A stretch of 64,000 nucleotides of DNA from an uncultured Clostridia bacterium. GTDB taxonomy: Bacteria; Bacillota; Clostridia; Christensenellales; UBA1242. Under the pieces are notes generated by a model. It ran no database searches and had not been told where the DNA came from. It was given only the letters and a program-made list of their open reading frames with translations. Each line of letters begins with the position of its first letter. Position 1 is the first letter of the stretch. Both the position numbers and the translations under genes were made by a program. This document shows, piece by piece, positions 58,145 through 64,000 of the stretch. The stretch is from NCBI GenBank assembly GCA_944362545.1, contig CALVTJ010000002.1, forward strand, positions 36,134 through 100,133, in the 5' to 3' direction.

Positions 58145-59053
58145 TTGGAGAAGGCTTTGAACGATTTTAAGGGAGATTTTATTCAATATAGTGATGAAAA
58201 AGTGAAAGATGAGACAAAGCATCTTGCACTTTATTTCACTGTGCATATCTTTCTTTATATTGTGTTGTTGTTTTTCTTGATTTTCTTTGTGTGGTATACA
58301 GTCTTTATCTCTTCACATAGTTTTTATGCTGTTAAAGGTGTTTCTATGATGCCGATGCTAAACGCGCAGATAACCGAGCAACAACTGGAAAATAATCTTC
58401 TTGAAGCACAGGAAATGTCGTTTGATGCGGTTTATGTTGACAGAACAACCGACCCGCAGGTTTTTGATATTATTGTAGTGTCAAGACCAAATGAAGAAGC
58501 AATCATCAAGCGACTTATGGCAGTTGGTGGGGACTATATCACCATTGTAAAAGGAGAAAGTGAAACTGGACAGGAATGTTTTTTCTTCTATCGCATTCCA
58601 AAAGGCACCGACCTGTCTACTATCAGTGATGATGAACAGTTTAAAGTCTTGGAAAATGGCGAAAACGGCTATCAAATTTATGACAGCGAGACACTTTGGA
58701 TTCACCATGACAGTGTTTTAAATCCTGTTGAGACATTTGCAAATGAGCAGTTGAATGATTTTGATTATGAAAGAAACTTTTTTAACACATTTTTGAGAAG
58801 TTATCAGGATGGAAATGGCAATTTTTATCTTTCACCAAATGGGCTGGTCTATGTGCGCGTGCCAGAAAATCAAGTTTTTTATATGGGCGACAACAGAGAG
58901 TATTCTTCCGATTGCCGTTTGACAGGATTTTGCGATAAAAGTGCTGTGGTCGGCAGGGCGGAATTTGTTGTCTATAATTATAATTTTGCTAACAGACTTT
59001 GGGAAGTGGTTAAATTCTATTTTAGAGAAATGGAAGAATTTTTTGCAAGATAG
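58145..59053 (+). CDS. lepB: Signal peptidase I (S26 family) with a long insertion
   Basis: TM anchor, Ser box AVKGVSMMPML, Lys box IIKRLMAVGGD, and GDNREYSSDCR. Start uncertain: TTG 58145, or TTG 58157 which lies 6 nt after GGAG. Confidence 0.85.
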   Translation: MEKALNDFKGDFIQYSDEKVKDETKHLALYFTVHIFLYIVLLFFLIFFVWYTVFISSHSFYAVKGVSMMPMLNAQITEQQLENNLLEAQEMSFDAVYVDRTTDPQVFDIIVVSRPNEEAIIKRLMAVGGDYITIVKGESETGQECFFFYRIPKGTDLSTISDDEQFKVLENGENGYQIYDSETLWIHHDSVLNPVETFANEQLNDFDYERNFFNTFLRSYQDGNGNFYLSPNGLVYVRVPENQVFYMGDNREYSSDCRLTGFCDKSAVVGRAEFVVYNYNFANRLWEVVKFYFREMEEFFAR

Positions 59054-59154
59054 TCATTTTTTTCTTTATTTTGTTTGGCAAATCCCTTTATTTATGCTAC
59101 AATAAAACTAGCATAAGATATGCTAAATATCAATTAAAGGAGATAAGATAAAAT

Positions 59155-59430
59155 ATGAACAAAGGTGAATTCATTAAGGCTGTTGCTGAAAAGGCAAACT
59201 GCACGCAAAAAGATGCTGGCATCGTTTTCGATTCTGTTATCGATACTATTGTTAGCGTTTTGAAGAGTGGGGAGAAAATCCAAATTCCTGGATTTGGTTC
59301 TTTTGAACTCGTTAAAAAACCGGCAACGACAAAAATTAACCCACAGACAAAGAAGACAATCAAGGTTGCCGCTTGCAAGGTTCCAAAGTTTAAGTTTGGA
59401 AAGAGCTTTAAAGCAGTTTTCAATGACTAA
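59155..59430 (+). CDS. hup: DNA-binding protein HU
   Basis: MNKGEFIKAVAEKANCTQKDAGIVFDSVIDTIVSVLKSGEKIQIPGFGSFELVKKPA...NPQT. AAAGGAG RBS. Confidence 0.96.
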   Translation: MNKGEFIKAVAEKANCTQKDAGIVFDSVIDTIVSVLKSGEKIQIPGFGSFELVKKPATTKINPQTKKTIKVAACKVPKFKFGKSFKAVFND

Positions 59431-59446
59431 TGAGAACATCTTGAAA

Positions 59447-59476
59447 AGAAATCAGCAGGGCTGGTTTCTTTTTTTG
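59447..59476 (+). terminator. Intrinsic terminator after hup
   Basis: agaaatcag / ctggtttct stem (one G:U pair), loop caggg, then TTTTTTT. Confidence 0.7.
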
Positions 59477-59520
59477 TTTAATTGGCTGGGATATCGATTT
59501 TGCAAATTGTGGAAGATGGG

Positions 59521-59553
59521 CAAAAAAGAAGAGAAACAACAGTGTTGTTTCTC
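59521..59553 (-). terminator. Intrinsic terminator after the rubrerythrin gene
   Basis: gagaaacaa / ttgtttctc stem. On the minus strand it is followed by TTCTTTTTTG. Confidence 0.65.
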
Positions 59554-59611
59554 TTGGAGCCCTGCGGGCTCGTTGCGCCTTTCTGGTGCAACCTTTTTTG
59601 CCCCTGTCATG

Positions 59612-60202
59612 TTATCTCAATTCTTTTTCTAAATCAATGATAATATAGCCCTGTGGCATATGGCAAAGTGGGCATTCTTTGAAACCTTCTTTTGCGATGT
59701 TGACATATCCGCATGAGGAGCATTTCCATTCGGTCGGAGTGTCTCTTTTATACATTTTTCCACTTTTGTAAAGATTGCCGAGATATTCCAGCATATTGTG
59801 ATGAGTGGATTCCACTTTTGCCACCATTTCAAAGGACTTTGCTATATCCAAAAACCCTTCATCTTTGGCGATGCGCGCGAAACTCGGGTAGATGTTTTCC
59901 GCCTCGGCAAGTTCGATTTTGCTCTCTTGCAAAAGACTTGTTTTAAGTTCTGGTGGCTCAAATGGATAGCCGGCTTCAATGGAGATGTTTTTCTGTTCTC
60001 CACCCTTTTCTATGATGTAATCATAAAAAATTTTGGCATGAGCCATTTCATTTTTTGCCAGTGTTTTCATGGTGTCTGATAAAAATTTTTGTTGGTCGGC
60101 AAGCGCCTGCTTTGACATAAATTGATATCTTGCGCCGGCTTGGCATTCAGCCGAAAATGAACGTGCCAGATTGGTTTTTGTCACGCTGTCATTAAATTCC
60201 AT
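59612..60202 (-). CDS. rbr: Rubrerythrin
   Basis: AGGAG precedes the ATG at 60202. Ferritin-like ExxH pairs (NEMAHAKIF, VESTHHNML) and a C-terminal rubredoxin-like CSSCGY...CPLCH. Confidence 0.9.
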   Translation of the reverse strand: MEFNDSVTKTNLARSFSAECQAGARYQFMSKQALADQQKFLSDTMKTLAKNEMAHAKIFYDYIIEKGGEQKNISIEAGYPFEPPELKTSLLQESKIELAEAENIYPSFARIAKDEGFLDIAKSFEMVAKVESTHHNMLEYLGNLYKSGKMYKRDTPTEWKCSSCGYVNIAKEGFKECPLCHMPQGYIIIDLEKELR

Positions 60203-60306
60203 AATTATTCTCCTTTTAACAGATTTAATATTGCCAAAATAAATACGTTTAAACATTTGCATTTTTTTTATTTTTTGTTTAAAATATCTCTATAAAAGGA
60301 GTCGGC

Positions 60307-61065
60307 ATGTTTCTTGGAGATAAAGGCAAACCAACCAAATATCCTACACTGCGTCTAAACTATGACATTGTCATTGACAACGAAAAGTTTACATTGAAAA
60401 AATTGACTCATAGACTTGGATTTTACACGATTTTATTTCAAGAAAAAATCAAAGAAACTGAAATCATTTATGACACGGACAAACTTCTTTTGACGGGTGC
60501 GGGGCTTATCATAAGAAAAAAAATGTCACCAAAAAGGACATATTTTTCTTTGGTTAGACTCTCATCCATGAACAACATTAGAAACAGAGAGAAAAAGTCA
60601 TTCTTGGGCGAGTGCGAACCAAATGACCAACCAAGCGACTTCCCTGTGCAGATTGCTGATGCTATAAACAATGTTTTCAACAATTTGTTTACTGTAAATC
60701 TGGTGGATATTGTCAAACATTGCATGCCATACATACGCATTGATATTGGAGGGAACAGGTATAAAATCATCAGTGGAACAGGCTATGAGGCAGAACTTTC
60801 GTTTGAAAATTTAAAAGCAAAAGATGTACGTTCTGGGCGTAAGGGAAAAACAAGAGCTTTCTCATTGAAGATGGAACTTGATCCAAATTATGAAAAAGAA
60901 CGCCAGCAGATTTTGGATGTTATCGAAAGGTGGTGTAAGGAACTTGTCCCAACGGATAGACACAGGTTTGAAATTGCCGAGGTTTTGGTTAGACCGCGAG
61001 AACCAAAAGCAAAAAGTGATAGCAAGAAAAAAATTAAACATCAAAATCGGGGAGAGCAAAACTAG
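60307..61065 (+). CDS. Hypothetical protein, possibly CYTH-like (triphosphate tunnel fold), with a basic tail
   Basis: ETEIIYDTDKLLLTGAGLIIRKK resembles the CYTH pattern xDTYFDTPDxxLxxxxxALRIR. No clear N-terminal ExExK. AAAGGAG RBS. Confidence 0.35.
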   Translation: MFLGDKGKPTKYPTLRLNYDIVIDNEKFTLKKLTHRLGFYTILFQEKIKETEIIYDTDKLLLTGAGLIIRKKMSPKRTYFSLVRLSSMNNIRNREKKSFLGECEPNDQPSDFPVQIADAINNVFNNLFTVNLVDIVKHCMPYIRIDIGGNRYKIISGTGYEAELSFENLKAKDVRSGRKGKTRAFSLKMELDPNYEKERQQILDVIERWCKELVPTDRHRFEIAEVLVRPREPKAKSDSKKKIKHQNRGEQN

Positions 61066-61153
61066 TTCTCCTTTTATTTGTCAGAATTTGTCGCTTTTTA
61101 AACAATTTTTGTGCTTTGTTTTTTAATATTTTCATCGCTCATATAGATATAGA

Positions 61154-62647
61154 GTGAAGAAAAAATCGACAAAAAGCAGTTTAGGCTTTGGGACAAAACT
61201 ATGCTATGGAATAGGAAATTTGGGCTATGGCTCAATGGGACAAACTGTCAGCAGTTTTATCATGTTTTTTGCTACAAGCGTGCTGGGACTTCCTGGGCTT
61301 TTGGTAGGTTTTACTATTGCCATAACTTCCCTTTGGGATGGACTTTCCGACCCGCTTGTAGGCTATCTCTCTGACCATACAAAAAGCAAATTTTTTGGCA
61401 GAAGACTTGGACATATGTTGTTTGCAAGTTTTGCGCTCGCTCTGAACAACATTTTGCTTTGGCTTTGCCCACAGAACGCAAGTCAGCCGGTGATGATGCT
61501 TTGGCTTTTGTCATTTTTGTTGTTGCAGGAGACCTTCAACACATTTTTTGCCACACCTTATTCTGCTCTTTGTATTGACATTGCTCCAGATTATAACGAC
61601 CAAACCAAAATGCAGGGGGTTAAGACAGTTTTTTATATCTTGGGCATGATTATGCCTAGCATTTTGATGTATATTTTTTTGCCATCCGCAAATGTGGGAG
61701 TGCAAGGACAGTTTAACAGGCAAGGATACATCAACATCGCCTGTGTAAATTCTGCGCTTGCACTTGTTTGTGGTTTGATTACGGTGATTGGAACACGCAA
61801 GCGTGTGCGTGCCATGCCAAATTATGCGCAAAGTTTGCAGGATAAACAAGGGGAAAATGACAACAATTCAAAATCTCATCAGAAACGCCATAGCCTCGCA
61901 ACCATCTTGGCAGGTTATGTGGAAACATTCAAGAAAAAGGACTTCCGCACGGTCATGCTGGGCTATTCAGTGTCGCTGATTGCCACAGTCTTTATAACTT
62001 CGGTTGGCATGCACCTGTTTACTTTTTGCTATCATTTTTCCAGCACTCAGATTTCGGCAATCATGATTTGTCTCTTTGGTGGGGCGATTATTTCGCAGGT
62101 TTTGTGGGTGAATGTTGTAAAAAAATATGACAAAAAGCAGACTCTCATCTTTGCTCTTTCTGTCATTTTGTTTGGCATTGCACTGACAAGCATAACTTTT
62201 TTGTTTAGGCTGTATTGTACGAGCGATTTTATCTTTTGGTTTGTTTTGCCGTGTATGTTTGTGTGTGGAATTGGTTCTGGCGCTCTCTATTCTTTGCCAC
62301 ATTCAATGTATGCCGATGTCGTGACAATGGAACAATACAAAACCGGCATTAACAATGCAGGGCGCTACACCGGCTATTACACCTTCACTTACAATTTTTC
62401 AAATTCCATTGCTTTGCTTTTTATTGGAGTGCTGTTGGATTTGGTTAAGTTTGACTCATCTCAACCTGTTCAGGCACTGTCGGTGCAGGCGGGACTTGGA
62501 AAGATAGTCTTTTTGGGGAGTGCAATTTCGCTGACACTTGCAATCATAATCTTTTCAAGATACAGCATCAAGCGTGCGGATGTTTTGAAAGTCCAAATCA
62601 AAGCGAATGAAAACAAAGAAGAAAAAAGGATGAGTGGAAAAGAATAA
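61154..62647 (+). CDS. MFS transporter, glycoside-pentoside-hexuronide (GPH) cation symporter family
   Basis: YGIGNLGYGSMGQTV... and SLWDGLSDPLVGYLSDHTKSKFFGRRLG match the GPH signature D-x-x-x-D-P-x-x-G. About 12 TM helices. GTG start as tracked, with no clear SD. Confidence 0.8.
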   Translation: MKKKSTKSSLGFGTKLCYGIGNLGYGSMGQTVSSFIMFFATSVLGLPGLLVGFTIAITSLWDGLSDPLVGYLSDHTKSKFFGRRLGHMLFASFALALNNILLWLCPQNASQPVMMLWLLSFLLLQETFNTFFATPYSALCIDIAPDYNDQTKMQGVKTVFYILGMIMPSILMYIFLPSANVGVQGQFNRQGYINIACVNSALALVCGLITVIGTRKRVRAMPNYAQSLQDKQGENDNNSKSHQKRHSLATILAGYVETFKKKDFRTVMLGYSVSLIATVFITSVGMHLFTFCYHFSSTQISAIMICLFGGAIISQVLWVNVVKKYDKKQTLIFALSVILFGIALTSITFLFRLYCTSDFIFWFVLPCMFVCGIGSGALYSLPHSMYADVVTMEQYKTGINNAGRYTGYYTFTYNFSNSIALLFIGVLLDLVKFDSSQPVQALSVQAGLGKIVFLGSAISLTLAIIIFSRYSIKRADVLKVQIKANENKEEKRMSGKE

Positions 62648-62675
62648 TTTTTGACATTTTTCGCACAATAGTGAC

Positions 62676-63182
62676 ATGAAAAAATTAAAGATTTTGGCTG
62701 TTATTTTGTGCATATTCTCGGTCCTTGCACTGTGCGGTTGCGGAAACAAAGAACTTGACTCTGCCAGCATTGTGCGCGATGATTTGCGAACGGGCGGAAG
62801 TTTAAGTTTTGTCTATGACCAAAAAGAGTGCATAATCTACATTGGTGGACAGGATGAAGTGGTGCAATATAGTCAAGCGGATGAAACGCGCGACCTAGAT
62901 GCAGGGTGCAGAGTTGGATTGAAAGTGACCGCACCGAATGAAAATCTTGACCTTTCAACTGCCACACTTGAAATGAATGGTGTCAATTATTCCAGCGGAA
63001 GTTTTTTGGAAAAGATAAATGGACAGCACCAGCGTTTTTTCAATCTTTATCCAATTGTGTCGCCAAAGGATGACAGGGTTTCTTTTTCTGTGACATGGCA
63101 GGATGGAACAAAAAAGCAGACCTACAAAGTCATCATGGTCCCTGGTACAAAGTTTGAAGATAAGAATGGAAATATCTCATAA
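62676..63182 (+). CDS. Putative lipoprotein, unknown function
   Basis: Signal peptide ending VLALCGCGNK. No recognisable domain. Confidence 0.5.
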   Translation: MKKLKILAVILCIFSVLALCGCGNKELDSASIVRDDLRTGGSLSFVYDQKECIIYIGGQDEVVQYSQADETRDLDAGCRVGLKVTAPNENLDLSTATLEMNGVNYSSGSFLEKINGQHQRFFNLYPIVSPKDDRVSFSVTWQDGTKKQTYKVIMVPGTKFEDKNGNIS

Positions 63183-63222
63183 TTGTTGTTTAACCTTATA
63201 TGGTGTTATTTTAGATAAAATA

Positions 63223-63258
63223 AGAGCAGACAAATATCACTTGTTTGCTCTTTTATTT
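63223..63258 (+). terminator. Intrinsic terminator after the lipoprotein gene
   Basis: agagcagaca / tgtttgctct 10-bp stem (one G:U pair) followed by TTTTATTT. Confidence 0.6.
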
Positions 63259-63317
63259 AACAACACAAACCGTTTACGGAATAACATAAATTCATTTTGG
63301 TTCGCATTTGTTTATTT

Positions 63318-63392
63318 TGGTGACCCCGACGGGATTCGAACCCATGATACCGCCGTGAAAGGGCGGTGTCTTAACCGCTTGACCACGGGGCC
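63318..63392 (-). tRNA. tRNA-Glu(TTC), CCA encoded
   Basis: Reverse complement GGCCCCGTGGTCAAGCGGTTAAGACACCGCCCTTTCACGGCGG...GGTTCGAATCCCGTCGGGGTCACCA. Anticodon loop CTTTCAC. Confidence 0.92.
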
Positions 63393-63542
63393 AAAATTTA
63401 ACTCAATGCTTTGTAAGTATAATATAACTTGCCTTTTTCTGTCAAGTGTTTTTTGAAAATTCCACAAAAAAATTGTTTTTGTGATTTGTTGTGTATGTCC
63501 TTGACTTGATTTTTTGAAAAGTGATAATCTTGTTGTAGACAA

Positions 63543-64000
63543 ATGAAAAAAGATTTTAAGGAAAAGTTTTTAATGTTCTTCAAGAAGGTTGGCAATGGCT
63601 TTGCCAACTTGCTTTTCCCTGACAATATCAAATGTTTCTTCTGCGGGGATGATGTACCGGACTTTGAATACAAGCCGTTTTGTGATGGCTGTGAAAAGAA
63701 AATTTCTTTCAACAACAAAAAGCGTTGTCTTGTTTGCAGTGAGCCGATTGATGATGACAAAGTGGTCTGTGATGAATGTAAGAAAACGAAAAGATATTTC
63801 AAAAGAGCATTTTGTCCGTTTGTTTATGAAGGCTTGGTAAGGAAGGTTATCCTTGCTTACAAAGACAGTAATGAAAGATATCGTGCCAAGACTTTTGCAA
63901 AGTTTATGGCAGAAGATATCAAAAAGTCTGGTGTCAAGATTGATGTCATAACTTTTGTGCCAATGACCAAAAAGAAACAAAGAAAGAGAAGTTTTAATCA
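63543..64000 (+). CDS. comFC: ComF-family protein (ComFC-like phosphoribosyltransferase-fold), N-terminal part; 3' end lies outside the window
   Basis: Absent from the ORF track because it runs off the window. Hand translation from the ATG at 63543 is open to base 64000: MKKDFKEKFLMFFKKVGNGFANLLFPDNIKCFFCG...CDGCEKK...CLVCSEPIDDDKVVCDECKK...AFCPFVYEGLVRKVILAYKDSNERY...ITFVPMTKKKQRKRSFNQ. The double CxxC zinc finger and the FN(Q) motif are typical of ComFC. Confidence 0.75.
   Translation, partial: MKKDFKEKFLMFFKKVGNGFANLLFPDNIKCFFCGDDVPDFEYKPFCDGCEKKISFNNKKRCLVCSEPIDDDKVVCDECKKTKRYFKRAFCPFVYEGLVRKVILAYKDSNERYRAKTFAKFMAEDIKKSGVKIDVITFVPMTKKKQRKRSFN

Overview
AT-rich chromosomal segment with the gene content and synteny of a low-GC Firmicute (Clostridia-like, apparently small genome), read with the standard code: TGA acts as a stop and GGAGG ribosome-binding sites are common. 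Most of the window is housekeeping. Recognisable blocks are dnaG(3' end)-sigA, comEC-holA, metG, hisS, a gyrB-gyrA-helD block, glnS, the sigH-rlmB-mrnC-ychF block, secA, rpsF-ssb-rpsR-rpmE, a DUF1385/prmC fusion followed by prfA, queH-lepB, hup and rubrerythrin. I found 11 tRNA genes: a 7-gene minus-strand cluster plus Ser, Leu, initiator Met and Glu. I saw no rRNA, CRISPR array, transposase or integrase. The parts not explained by ordinary annotation are these. (1) A dense DnaA-box cluster lies in the 430-bp helD/hisS spacer next to gyrBA, with no dnaA or dnaN in view. (2) A near-identical 120-bp structured module is duplicated 190 bp apart and starts inside the 3' end of tRNA-Ser. (3) Three very large uncharacterised envelope or membrane proteins are present: a 313-aa + 1494-aa operon with internal ~200-aa repeats, a 1228-aa protein with a TM hairpin and coiled coil, and an 803-aa bitopic protein. 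(4) A small islet between gyrB and glnS carries a Fic protein with a degenerate catalytic motif, the initiator tRNA, and an XRE / bPH-SHOCT pair with operator half-sites across its promoter (two of them filling the spacer). (5) A second XRE module has two 15-bp palindromic operators. (6) A patch at 55.4-57.6 kb holds REP-like repeats, a pilin-like protein, a 56-aa hydrophobic Cys peptide, an ArsR regulator and a structured 470-bp non-coding region. I cannot name one clear novel system. The findings are ranked by how unusual the sequence evidence looks.
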